Below are positions 31,171 through 40,867 of a stretch of DNA of 64,000 bases, piece by piece. Location: positions 208,814 through 272,813 of the forward strand of contig JBGTEY010000013.1 of NCBI GenBank assembly GCA_041747555.1, read 5' to 3'. This DNA comes from Patescibacteria group bacterium. GTDB lineage: Bacteria; Patescibacteriota; Microgenomatia; UBA1400; PJMF01. The first letter of the stretch is position 1. Each line of letters opens with the position of its first letter. The notes under the pieces are model-generated. The model had not been told where the DNA came from. It ran no database searches and saw only the letters and a list, made by a program, of their open reading frames with translations. Made by a program: the position numbers and the translations under genes.

Positions 31171-32454
31171 ATGCCCACCCCTGATCTCTATCCAGTTATT
31201 TTTAATGTGATTATTTTACTGACACTGTCTGCTATTTTTTCTGGAGCAGAAACGGCGTTCACTAATCTATCTAGAGCGCGGATGGAGGTCATAAAAGACG
31301 ATGGAAAATTCGCATCAGAAATAATGTATCAGCTGTACAAAAGACTTGATTTATTGATAACACTAACACTGGCATTGAGTAACGGCGTAAATATTTTACT
31401 TGCAACATATTTGACAATTTTTTTCAGCAGCCTTTTTGGCGTTGATTTGGGTGGTACGTTGTCAGCTACGATAGGTACGTTGCTTGTCATAATTTTCGGA
31501 GAAATAATTCCCAAGAAAGTTGCAATTTTATTTCCTGTTGAATTTTCTAGAGCCACTTCTCATCTACTTTCGTTCCTCAATGTCATCCTATATCCCTTGC
31601 TGTATCCGCTGAAGTTGCTCAACCAACTCATGGACGCCATAGCAAAAAAATACGTTGTAATTGACGATGTAGAATTCCGTGAGGTAATGCAGCAAGAAAT
31701 TAAGGCTACATTGGGAATCGGTCACACCCATGGCGCACTGGAGAGTAAAGAGTACCAAATGATGAAAAAGCTACTCCTACTCAATGACAAGGAAGTAAAA
31801 GAAATCATGACTCATCGAAACGACATCTATGCCGTTCCTGCGCACAAGACACTCAGGGAAGTAATTGAAATTTCTTCGCAACTCAATATTTCAAGGCTCC
31901 CGATTTATACGAAAAGCTTGGACAATATCGAGTATATTATTCATGTACCACAACTCAGTCAGTTTTTCTTGGACCCGAGCAATTTAGACAAAAAGATCCT
32001 AGAATTTTGCACTACAAAGGCATTTAAAGTTCCTGAAACCAAAATTCTTGATGATCTGTTCTTTGAGTTTCAAAAAAAACGAGTACATATGGCAATTGTC
32101 TTAAATGAGTTTGGCAGAACGAGCGGTGTCATTACACTAGAAGACATTGTCGAACAAATCTTTGGTGAGATTGAAGATGAAACGGATGAAGTAGAAGTTT
32201 CCGTCGAGGCAATTGATGAATTCAAAGTGAGGGCAGACGGAGATGCCACGATAGAAGAAGTTCAAGATATCTTGAACATCCGGTTTCCTGATGAATTCCC
32301 TCGACACAAAACCATGAGCTGGGTGATTCTGGATATTTTACATAGATTTCCTGATGAAGGGGAGGTCATTACGGTTCCTGGCACAAATATTGATATTGAA
32401 GTCGTCGATAAGGATGGCGAGTATGTGGATAAGGTTTTTGTTGAGGTGAAGTAA
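31171..32454 (+). CDS. CNNM/CBS/CorC-HlyC domain protein (Mg2+/Co2+ transporter, hemolysin family)
   Basis: LSAIFSGAETAF, FGEIIPK, VKEIMTHR, SRLPIY, VPET, HMAIVLNEFG, TLEDIVEQIFGEIEDETD. Confidence 0.93.
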   Translation: MPTPDLYPVIFNVIILLTLSAIFSGAETAFTNLSRARMEVIKDDGKFASEIMYQLYKRLDLLITLTLALSNGVNILLATYLTIFFSSLFGVDLGGTLSATIGTLLVIIFGEIIPKKVAILFPVEFSRATSHLLSFLNVILYPLLYPLKLLNQLMDAIAKKYVVIDDVEFREVMQQEIKATLGIGHTHGALESKEYQMMKKLLLLNDKEVKEIMTHRNDIYAVPAHKTLREVIEISSQLNISRLPIYTKSLDNIEYIIHVPQLSQFFLDPSNLDKKILEFCTTKAFKVPETKILDDLFFEFQKKRVHMAIVLNEFGRTSGVITLEDIVEQIFGEIEDETDEVEVSVEAIDEFKVRADGDATIEEVQDILNIRFPDEFPRHKTMSWVILDILHRFPDEGEVITVPGTNIDIEVVDKDGEYVDKVFVEVK

Positions 32455-32514
32455 GATTCTTTTTTTCTGGAGGTCGATGCAGGAATGCTTTATGTGAAAA
32501 GAAAGTAGTGAGCC

Positions 32515-33351
32515 ATGACTCAAAAACAAAAAAATCTCTCTGGAAAATACCTCATCTATAAGTTACTCACCAATCTCTGGTTTGTAGGCGCTGTTTGGCT
32601 GTATTTTTATCGACTTTTCATTACGGATCAACAGGTAGGTATTTTAGATGGTATGGCGTTCGCCATTGGTTTACTCGCTGAAGTGCCGTCAGGTGTTATG
32701 GCTGATAGATTTGGGCGAGACAAAATGGTTAAGATAGGGCAAGTTCTCGTCGGCGGAGGTTTTCTCATTCAAGCGTTTGGGAGTAGCTTCGCGCCATTCG
32801 TTGTCGGTCAGTCTATATTGATGATTGGCGTATCTTTTATATCTGGTGCAGATGAAGCTCTCTTTTTTGACACACTTCAATTTAAGCAAACCGTTGATTG
32901 GCGAAAGCTCATTACCAGAGGTTCTCAAATTGCATTGATAGGAACAACCGCCGCACTACTGATTGGTGGATGGTTTCATGAAATTAATCCCAGGATCCCC
33001 TGGATCCTGACGGGTTTGTCATTCTTGTGTTCAGTATTCCTAATTTGGTCCATCAAAGACGATCGACCCGAGAGAGCGAAACAAAATGCAGTGTCTGAGC
33101 TCAAAGAGCAACTTGTAGAAATTAAATCTGGCTTTACCCAATTTAGCTCGAAGAAGCTGGTTTTGTATGTGCCAATCATTGGATATCTCAATACTCATAA
33201 CAAGCTTGAGTACTTTTTAGTTTTTTGGTCAATCTTAATTGGTGCCGCAATTGCTTATTATCTTTCACGAAAGAAGCATGATACTACGATCAGTTTAGAT
33301 AACAAGGAAATTGATCTTGAGCGAGTGCCAGAAATGCCTGCCGTACAATGA
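32515..33351 (+). CDS. MFS transporter, short (probably internally deleted)
   Basis: EVPSGVMADRFGR motif A, SGADEAL; only 278 aa, so most of the C-terminal half is missing. Confidence 0.75.
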   Translation: MTQKQKNLSGKYLIYKLLTNLWFVGAVWLYFYRLFITDQQVGILDGMAFAIGLLAEVPSGVMADRFGRDKMVKIGQVLVGGGFLIQAFGSSFAPFVVGQSILMIGVSFISGADEALFFDTLQFKQTVDWRKLITRGSQIALIGTTAALLIGGWFHEINPRIPWILTGLSFLCSVFLIWSIKDDRPERAKQNAVSELKEQLVEIKSGFTQFSSKKLVLYVPIIGYLNTHNKLEYFLVFWSILIGAAIAYYLSRKKHDTTISLDNKEIDLERVPEMPAVQ

Positions 33352-33460
33352 CATATTCTAAAACGTGCTTTTAATTCGTAACGCTACTGCTACCATATCT
33401 TAAAACCCCTTTGACTAGTCGTTTTTGATCTATTTTGCTATAATTACTATCAGCAATTGA

Positions 33461-34795
33461 ATGCCTTTTAAACCTGAACACACGAGCTACACATTCAAAC
33501 AGTCTGAAATTATTGATGGCTCGTTATTCCATGCACAAAAGGGTACTGGCTATGAAATGGACATTAGTGGCTACTTACAACTTTTACAACAGGTAACCGC
33601 AAATGATGAACTACAGGAACGCCATCTGCCCGAAATTTCGCCTCATAGCGACGGTATAGATGCATTACTAAAAACATTAGCCATCTGCCTTCCGGTTGAG
33701 CTTCGTAATTACAACAGAACACTGGAGCAACAAGACTTATACGCAGAACTCAATGAGATAGTGAATGATCAATTTCAAACAGCACGCCAACTACTTGATG
33801 AACGATTGGCTGAGCTGAATATCTCTGAGCGTGAGCTTCCATCAATTGAGCTTGATGATCAAACCCAGACTGCTATTTCACAGGTGCAGGAGCATGCATG
33901 GTACTTGGTTTTACTCAATCATCGAGTGATTTATAGTGCGACACGAGCGCACGCCCAGTGGTCAAATTTAGATCCTATAGAACAACAAGATTTGCTCCAG
34001 CTCACGCTCATGAGCTGTTGGCGCTCAGCTTGTCGACATAAGCCTGAGCACGGAGCATTTTTAACGTACCTTGGTAGTTATCTACCAGATCACATCGGCG
34101 AACTCGCTGCTGCAGTCCAAGGAATTAGCAAAAATCACAAAGTAAATTATCTAGACAGCTACAAGCATGCGCGAGTTCAACTAAGGGGAACTGTACTCGA
34201 TTACCCATATTGGCACGAACTCTATGCCTGTATGGTTTTTGATAAAAAGGCAGGAAGGCTTTCATATCAAGAGCCACTCAGAGCTATTTTGGCATATGAG
34301 CGAATATACCGTGGGAATCGTCCAATTCATGATGACAATGATGTGTTACGCTGGCACAACTCTTTACAAAACATGAGAGAGACGCTCGATTTCAGTCGCT
34401 TACCTAGGTTAAGGCAAATACTGGATCTGGCATACCCACTTTCACTTGATCGAGAACGACTTATTTATTTTTTCAATGAACGAGGCGATCTTGACTCGCT
34501 CCATGGCGACATCTATTATCGGCTTTCAACTGAAGAAGAGGACATTCCAGATCTCGTTGATCAGCGTCTCCTGGAGGATCAGGTGCTCAAGGTATTTGAA
34601 TACCTCGATGCTCGAGAAGTATTAGTACTACAACTTCGGTATGGGCTACATGGTATGGGTGAACACACTTTAGATGAGGTGGGTGAAATTATCGGTAGAA
34701 CATATGAGCGAGCACGCCAGATTGAGAGTAGCGCTTTAAGAAAACTACGTCACCCCAGTCGAAGTTATCTTATTGAAGATTTTAGGTCGGAATAA
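33461..34795 (+). CDS. Sigma-70 family protein with RpoD-like region 4 and degenerate region 2
   Basis: LDAREVLVLQLRYGL...HTLDEVGEIIGRTYERARQIESSALRKLRHPSRS. Confidence 0.85.
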   Translation: MPFKPEHTSYTFKQSEIIDGSLFHAQKGTGYEMDISGYLQLLQQVTANDELQERHLPEISPHSDGIDALLKTLAICLPVELRNYNRTLEQQDLYAELNEIVNDQFQTARQLLDERLAELNISERELPSIELDDQTQTAISQVQEHAWYLVLLNHRVIYSATRAHAQWSNLDPIEQQDLLQLTLMSCWRSACRHKPEHGAFLTYLGSYLPDHIGELAAAVQGISKNHKVNYLDSYKHARVQLRGTVLDYPYWHELYACMVFDKKAGRLSYQEPLRAILAYERIYRGNRPIHDDNDVLRWHNSLQNMRETLDFSRLPRLRQILDLAYPLSLDRERLIYFFNERGDLDSLHGDIYYRLSTEEEDIPDLVDQRLLEDQVLKVFEYLDAREVLVLQLRYGLHGMGEHTLDEVGEIIGRTYERARQIESSALRKLRHPSRSYLIEDFRSE

Positions 34796-34842
34796 TTATA
34801 GTGTCTTTCGCTTATTAAGTTTCGGATTATATGGAGACATTG

Positions 34843-35490
34843 TTAGCCAACAAGTAGAAAATAATACACTAAACTGTTCCAAATTCCATGCGTGAGACTT
34901 GAGGCATAAATAGATTTTGTTACCCTAAATACAGTCGTGTGAATTGCACCCATAATAAGAATAAACACGACGCGAGTCACGGTTTCCATAACCGTCCCCG
35001 AGCTCATAGCCAAGATTGGCACATGCGCTAAGAGAAACAATACTTGCACAACCAGAAACGAAACAATTTCATTAGTTTTCTGCAACAGCCACACATATAA
35101 AAATCCCCGATACACAATTTCTTCCACAACTGCAGTAGCGAAATTAATAATCAGCCCAGTTGCTACTAGTGTGTACGAAAAATCCGGCACAACTACCTGT
35201 CGAAAATTGATTAGATAAAAGTAGACAGCAATGAAAAGTGAGGGGAGTAAAAATATTTTCCAGAAGGGACGAGTTGTTGAATATGAGTTTTTTAAATCGT
35301 CTAAGACTTTTTTTGGAATCAATCCCATACCTAAAAATAAACATGTAGCGCCAATCCAAATCACAGGTTTTGCAACAACCTCAGAGAAAAATTCGGGGAG
35401 TTCAAATAAGCGATATATTCCCCATGACACAGAGATTGCAAGCCACCATATCAAGAGATTTTTATATGTTAGTACCTTCGTTGAACTCAT
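34843..35490 (-). CDS. CPBP (CAAX/Abi) intramembrane glutamic protease
   Basis: EEIVYRG, FLLAH, HGIWN; multiple TM helices. Confidence 0.9.
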   Translation of the reverse strand: MSSTKVLTYKNLLIWWLAISVSWGIYRLFELPEFFSEVVAKPVIWIGATCLFLGMGLIPKKVLDDLKNSYSTTRPFWKIFLLPSLFIAVYFYLINFRQVVVPDFSYTLVATGLIINFATAVVEEIVYRGFLYVWLLQKTNEIVSFLVVQVLFLLAHVPILAMSSGTVMETVTRVVFILIMGAIHTTVFRVTKSIYASSLTHGIWNSLVYYFLLVG

Positions 35491-35659
35491 AAAAATAGTG
35501 TATCAGCAAAATGGAATATAAAAGATAATCAAATGTTTGGCTTCAACCAGGGGCTGAGAGTGATGAGTTAGTTCAGTTTTCAGAAGAAAATGACATGAAT
35601 ATAACTTACAACCGTTGCTTCATGACTGAGCGGGGGATTTGATAGAAATCTTTTTGCAG

Positions 35660-36142
35660 TTACTGAATCTTCAATACATAGAGCAACTCAACAAAACTGT
35701 CGTCAGGTCGTCGCACTTCTGTGTAAAAATGCATTTTCTTTGGATCTAATTTGTAGGGTGCTTCGCCACGAAATGATTTGTATCTCTTGCTATTGTAGTG
35801 CATACCACCTGAAACTTTTCCTCTGTACAAATTGTACACCTCTCGAAGACCAACCACGTGTTGCATGCTGTGTGTTTGCGTGACTTCTGCGCCTTCACTA
35901 TAGCTTGATCTGCGACAAGTAATTTCACAGTCTATTCCTCCGCCATCGCGTTGCACGGTCACTTTCAGCTCAAGATTGTCTGATGAAGCTTGAACATTGA
36001 ATAATCGATACTTCAAGCTCTTATATATGCCAGCTTGCGTACGGTAATCAACTTCCATACGAAACTCAGACTCAGGCTGCCGCTGATAATTATTCCAGAT
36101 GTAATTTGCGAGCGCCAGAGCGCACATTGAGTGTGGTTGCAT
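35660..36142 (-). CDS. Hypothetical protein
   Basis: ATG 36142 lies 6 nt after TGGTATAAT; no motif recognised. Confidence 0.6.
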   Translation of the reverse strand: MQPHSMCALALANYIWNNYQRQPESEFRMEVDYRTQAGIYKSLKYRLFNVQASSDNLELKVTVQRDGGGIDCEITCRRSSYSEGAEVTQTHSMQHVVGLREVYNLYRGKVSGGMHYNSKRYKSFRGEAPYKLDPKKMHFYTEVRRPDDSFVELLYVLKIQ

Positions 36143-36177
36143 GGGGTGATTATACCAGATGTAGTCAGGACGAAGGA

Positions 36178-36789
36178 TCAAAAATCTAGATTTTCTTTTC
36201 TGGAACTCCATTTTAGTGTACTATTCCTCAGACAGTACAGTGTGAACAGAAAAACAAACGTAAATAAAACTCCGTACGTAATCCAAAATGACTGCGGAAA
36301 GAGCTGAATTAATATGCTGTTTATAGGAAACTGCCATGTTCCTTCAGCAAAAAAAACTCGGTGGAATTGAGTAAAAAACCAACTCCAATTTAAAACCGAT
36401 ACCATGACCAATACTCCGATGACAGCAATACCGATGTTCACGCCATCTCGTGTCACATCTAGTATTATTTTTCGATGCACTCTCCATACCCCAAACAGAA
36501 AAAACATCCCCGCTAACCCCAAAATAAACAACCAACCTAACGCACGCTGCACGTCTATGAGATGCGAGTGTTCTTGAGGCAGAAGTTGAGAGTCAGTAAT
36601 AGAAACGAACATCTGCCAAAACGGTACCGTAATTGCATAGACGTCAAATGCAACTTGAGAGACAACTTCGCCATGCACTACAAGAAAAATTGCCCCAAAT
36701 ACCCAAGGACTGGAAATTACAAATACACTCGCAGCAGTTACAACTACGAAGAGTACCAAAAGCAGCAGTGAGCGAAAAAACACGTCCAT
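36178..36789 (-). CDS. DUF1461/TIGR01906 membrane protein (lipoprotein intramolecular transacylase Lit-like)
   Basis: EHSHLIDV and FTQFHRVFF..GTWQF...ILIQLFP.SFW signatures. Confidence 0.82.
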   Translation of the reverse strand: MDVFFRSLLLLVLFVVVTAASVFVISSPWVFGAIFLVVHGEVVSQVAFDVYAITVPFWQMFVSITDSQLLPQEHSHLIDVQRALGWLFILGLAGMFFLFGVWRVHRKIILDVTRDGVNIGIAVIGVLVMVSVLNWSWFFTQFHRVFFAEGTWQFPINSILIQLFPQSFWITYGVLFTFVFLFTLYCLRNSTLKWSSRKENLDF

Positions 36790-36898
36790 AAACGTAGTAT
36801 CTCACAACTAAGATTTACAAAACGATTGCAATAATCTTCACATCACCTTTCATCTCATGTATGCTATTTGTAGCTTAATACATGGAAAACCTGCCCCT

Positions 36899-38155
36899 AT
36901 GATCATAAAATCCATAACTGCTTACGAAATATTGGCTTCTGGTGGGTATCCAACGCTAGAAGCGCGAGTGATGCTAGAAAATGGTGCTGTTGGCACGGCA
37001 TCAGTGCCATATGGCGCTTCTGCTGGGTCACATGAGGCAACGGTTCTCATCGATGGTGATGCACATCGCTACAACGGTCAAGGAATGCTCAAAGCTGTAC
37101 GCAATGTGACAGAAATCATAGCTCCTGCTCTCATCGGAAAGAATTCCCATGATCAGCGTGCTTGCGATAATATCATGCGCGAATTAGATGGAACGCCAAA
37201 TAAATCTCATCTAGGCGGGAATGCCATATTAGCGGTATCGGTTGCGATCGCACGAGCAGCAGCTGCAGATCAACACATTGAGCTCTACCAGCACCTCAGC
37301 AACCATTTTGTGACAACAATTAATGCCCACGCGCTTCCAAAACCCATGGTAGTTGCAATCGAGGGCGGAAAACACGCGGATAATTCCACAGATTTGCAAG
37401 AATACTGCTTGAGCGCGCTCGGCACGGCCCCAACTGCAGAAAAAATTAGAACGGTCCTCGAAACCTATCACACGCTTAAAAAAATTCTCCAAAAGGCAGG
37501 CTTTTCAACAAATGTAGGTAACGAAGGAGCGTTTGCTCCCGATGGTATCCCTAATAACGAGGTACCGCTTAAGTACCTCACCCAAGCAATAGAGCAGGCT
37601 GGATATGAACCTGGTGTTGACATCGGAATCTCAATTGATGCGGCTGCATCTGAGTTTTTTGAAGATGGAATGTACAATCTCAAACTTGAAAAAAAGAAAG
37701 TTACTGCCCACGAATTAACTGAATACTACCTCCCGTGGCTCAAGAAATACCCAATCGTGACAGTTGAAGACATGCATCACGAAGACGAATGGGAGGAGTG
37801 GTCCGTGTTTAAGAAACTATGCGATGAATATTCTATTCCATTGATTGGAGATGATTTAACCGTTACAAATATTGATCGGCTAAATCGAGCAATTTCCACC
37901 AACGCCATCAGTGGCATTCTAATCAAACTCAACCAAATAGGAACAGTCACAGAGACCATTGACTGCTGCCTTCTCGCTAAACACGAAGGCATGATAACCG
38001 TCACCTCTCATCGAGGTGGGGGAGAAACAAATGATGCCGCCATGGTTGATGTGGCAGTTGCAGTTGGATCCGCGTACATAAAAGTTGGACCAACTCGAGG
38101 AGAGCGGGTTAGCAAGTATAATCGACTCCTAGAGATTGAGCGCCAGTTGCGATGA
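36899..38155 (+). CDS. eno: Enolase (divergent)
   Basis: PYGASAGSHEA, LGGNAILAVS, VGNEGAF, GDDLTVTN, ILIKLNQIGTVTET, SHR, ERVSKYNRLLEIE. Confidence 0.95.
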   Translation: MIIKSITAYEILASGGYPTLEARVMLENGAVGTASVPYGASAGSHEATVLIDGDAHRYNGQGMLKAVRNVTEIIAPALIGKNSHDQRACDNIMRELDGTPNKSHLGGNAILAVSVAIARAAAADQHIELYQHLSNHFVTTINAHALPKPMVVAIEGGKHADNSTDLQEYCLSALGTAPTAEKIRTVLETYHTLKKILQKAGFSTNVGNEGAFAPDGIPNNEVPLKYLTQAIEQAGYEPGVDIGISIDAAASEFFEDGMYNLKLEKKKVTAHELTEYYLPWLKKYPIVTVEDMHHEDEWEEWSVFKKLCDEYSIPLIGDDLTVTNIDRLNRAISTNAISGILIKLNQIGTVTETIDCCLLAKHEGMITVTSHRGGGETNDAAMVDVAVAVGSAYIKVGPTRGERVSKYNRLLEIERQLR

Positions 38156-38162
38156 AATATTT

Positions 38163-39131
38163 ATGATTGCTTCACTGTTTAGCTTTGGTGTTGGCTTGGC
38201 AGTAATGCTGGCTTCGTCGCATGTATTTTTGAATTTGAGCAAACAGGCTGCAGCGCGCTGGAAGTTTTCACCTTTGTTTGTATCATTGGTGATCGTGGCA
38301 CTTGGCACAAATTTGCCAGAACTTACCGTGACTGTGGCTGCAATTGCCCGAAACGATACTGGTTTAGCGATTGGAAATTTATTAGGAAGTAGCATAGCTA
38401 ACCTAACACTTGTCTTGGGAACGGTCACTTTGTTCGGTGCAGTTAGGATCGGAACCACCAAAACCCCCAAAAATGCTGCTTTGTTGCTCGCAACTACGCT
38501 GGTTTTTTGCGGTCTATTATTATCTGCGGTATCTGCACAGATAGCAGCCCTTATTCTCGTTACTATACTTGGACTTGGATTGACCTATCAATATATTTTG
38601 GCTCGAAATGGCCGGTTACATGAGGATAAAAAACTACTTAAGCTCCTTGATACTTTTAGTAAAAAAAACAAAAAACTTCCGACGTCTTTGTTCGTGCTTG
38701 CACTCATCGCAAGTATATCGGGACTAGGGGTGGGTGGGTATGTCAGTGTCCAAGCTGTCAGCAGATTGGCAGACATTCTCGGTCTCACTACAAGCTTTCT
38801 TGGGTTCACGCTGACCGCTGTTTCCACTTCATTGCCTGAATTACTGACAGTTCTCATTGCTTCAAACACTAAGGATGCCAAGGTCGTTGTTGGCACGCTA
38901 ATTGGTTCTAACTTATTTAACCTCACGCTGTTCCCCGCCATCATCATGATGTATCAAGGGATGCCGTATGTAGACTTACTGTCCTTGGGATCAATTGTGA
39001 TGGTGACCGTGATTTTTGCGGCGCTCGTGAATTACCATAAGGGAGATAGTGTGCCAAAAAGTATTAGCGTTGGATTGCTGCTGTTGTACGCGTCAATTAC
39101 GCTCCTCACGTACTACATGACCACCATTTGA
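38163..39131 (+). CDS. Ca2+/Na+ antiporter (YrbG/CaCA family)
   Basis: Two alpha repeats: GTNLPE...GNLLGSSIAN and STSLPE...GTLIGSNLFN. Confidence 0.92.
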   Translation: MIASLFSFGVGLAVMLASSHVFLNLSKQAAARWKFSPLFVSLVIVALGTNLPELTVTVAAIARNDTGLAIGNLLGSSIANLTLVLGTVTLFGAVRIGTTKTPKNAALLLATTLVFCGLLLSAVSAQIAALILVTILGLGLTYQYILARNGRLHEDKKLLKLLDTFSKKNKKLPTSLFVLALIASISGLGVGGYVSVQAVSRLADILGLTTSFLGFTLTAVSTSLPELLTVLIASNTKDAKVVVGTLIGSNLFNLTLFPAIIMMYQGMPYVDLLSLGSIVMVTVIFAALVNYHKGDSVPKSISVGLLLLYASITLLTYYMTTI

Positions 39132-39163
39132 ACTTTTCGTGGAATGTTAATTTCCAGATTAAA

Positions 39164-39727
39164 TTAGGCTCGTGAAATGTATGTTTTTGTTTCTGTGTCG
39201 ATGATGAGTGAGTCGCCTTTTTTGACAAAAAGTGGTGCTTGAACTACCAGCCCTGTTTCAAGCGTTACTTCTTTTCGTGCTTGACCAACGGTATTTCCAG
39301 CAACAGCCTCGATTGCGTCGGTGACCTTGAGCGTTACTTTGGGCGGGAGACTTATGCCGATTGGTGTCTCATCATTAAAGATCACATAGACCTGCACGTC
39401 TGGTGTAAGGAGTTGCAGTGAGTCCTCTGCGAAGCTGACGGGTATTGAAACTTGCTCATATGTCCGCGCGTTCATAAAAACTACTTCTGAACTATCATGA
39501 TAGAGGTACTGGAGTTGTTGATTGGTAACGTCAATTTGTGGGACCGATTCGTTAGATTTATAGGTGAAATCAACAGTGTTGCCAGTTTCAAAATTGCGCA
39601 ATTTTACTCGCATGAATGCAGAGCCTTTGCCCGGACTTATAAAATCCGTTTTGACAACTTGATGTGGCTGCCCCTTGAAAGAGATATACATGTGTTTTCT
39701 GAGTGAACCTGCTTTAATTTCTGGCAT
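39164..39727 (-). CDS. efp: Elongation factor P
   Basis: PGKGSAF loop, QYLY, LETGLVVQAPLFV..GD...IDT....YISRA; ATG 39727. Confidence 0.96.
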   Translation of the reverse strand: MPEIKAGSLRKHMYISFKGQPHQVVKTDFISPGKGSAFMRVKLRNFETGNTVDFTYKSNESVPQIDVTNQQLQYLYHDSSEVVFMNARTYEQVSIPVSFAEDSLQLLTPDVQVYVIFNDETPIGISLPPKVTLKVTDAIEAVAGNTVGQARKEVTLETGLVVQAPLFVKKGDSLIIDTETKTYISRA

Positions 39728-39798
39728 GATTGGTATTGTAGCACGAAGATAGTTGACCAATTGCTCGGTTCGACGATGTAATTCTAACTAGCAGAACG

Positions 39799-40848
39799 CT
39801 ACTCAAAAAGTTCTGACACAGGAAAGGTCAGTGTCTCATTCACACCAGCAACATCTGCAAAAAGCATTACTAATCGATCAACACCCACGGCAATTCCACC
39901 CGTTGGGTGAAGTCCTGATTTGAGGGCTGCTATAAAGTTTTTATCAAGTGAATACGGTGTTTTTCCAAGCTCTTGTCGCAGCTGCAAGTCAGCAACCATG
40001 CGTGACTTTTGCTCTTCCCAATCAAGTAGTTCACTAAATGCATTTCCTAACTCAAGCCCACCAATATAAAACTCGAACCGCTCTGCATATCTTGGGTCTG
40101 ATGATTTTTTCTTGGCAAGTGCTGCCTGGGAGATTGGATAGTCAAATAGTATAGTTGGCCCATGGACGCCAAGGTGCGGCTCAATCTCATTGAGAAATAT
40201 TTGGTTATACATAGTCTCCCACGTGTCGGAGTCTGAAATTGAATAACCTTTTTTTCGTGCCGCTGCAAGTATTTTTTCTTCTTCGTGCAAAGCATCCTCG
40301 TTTATTCCAGCATATCGAGAAAATGCCTCGGCTACAGAAATTCTATCCCATGGTGGAGCGAGATCGTAGGCTAAACCTTGATACAGTAATTTTTGTCCAC
40401 TTGATGGATGCACCTGATCCAGAATGGAGAGCAACAATTGTTCACAGTCGTGCATGACGTGTGTGTAATCTGCGTTCGTCCGATACCACTCTAAGATGGT
40501 AAATTCAGGGTTATGCATATCGCTTAAGCCTTCGTCATTTCGAAAGCTTTTTGTAATTTGAAAAATATTTCCAAACCCAGCCGCCAGGAGTTGCTTCATC
40601 TGTAGTTCTGGACTGGTGGTGAGAAAGGCAGATGATTGTATTGAATCGCCACACCTCAATCGTGTCTCAAAAACCTCCAAGTATGGTTCTGTTCCAGGAC
40701 TTTTCACCAAAAGAGGAGTCTCAACTTCTCGAAATGACTGCGATTTAAAAAACGTCCGAATACTATCAATAACTTTCTCTCTAGTATCAAAAATATGCAG
40801 TAACTCTGGATGTTCGCGAATTTTTTGCCAGGTAGGAGTTTTTTGCAT
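39799..40848 (-). CDS. epmA: EF-P lysine aminoacylase EpmA (GenX/PoxA)
   Basis: LysRS-like catalytic core without OB fold: LTTSPELQMKQLL, FRNDE, HNPEFTILEWY, ERFEFY, GVDRL; adjacent to efp. Confidence 0.93.
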   Translation of the reverse strand: MQKTPTWQKIREHPELLHIFDTREKVIDSIRTFFKSQSFREVETPLLVKSPGTEPYLEVFETRLRCGDSIQSSAFLTTSPELQMKQLLAAGFGNIFQITKSFRNDEGLSDMHNPEFTILEWYRTNADYTHVMHDCEQLLLSILDQVHPSSGQKLLYQGLAYDLAPPWDRISVAEAFSRYAGINEDALHEEEKILAAARKKGYSISDSDTWETMYNQIFLNEIEPHLGVHGPTILFDYPISQAALAKKKSSDPRYAERFEFYIGGLELGNAFSELLDWEEQKSRMVADLQLRQELGKTPYSLDKNFIAALKSGLHPTGGIAVGVDRLVMLFADVAGVNETLTFPVSELFE

Positions 40849-40867
40849 GTTTTGACAATCACTCACC

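Noticed and set aside
26000-36200. Prophage, integrative element or integron after tRNA-Arg/His
   Set aside because: No integrase, transposase, phage gene, duplicated tRNA 3' end or attC-type RYYYAAC...GTTRRRY array was seen; treated as an accessory islet only.
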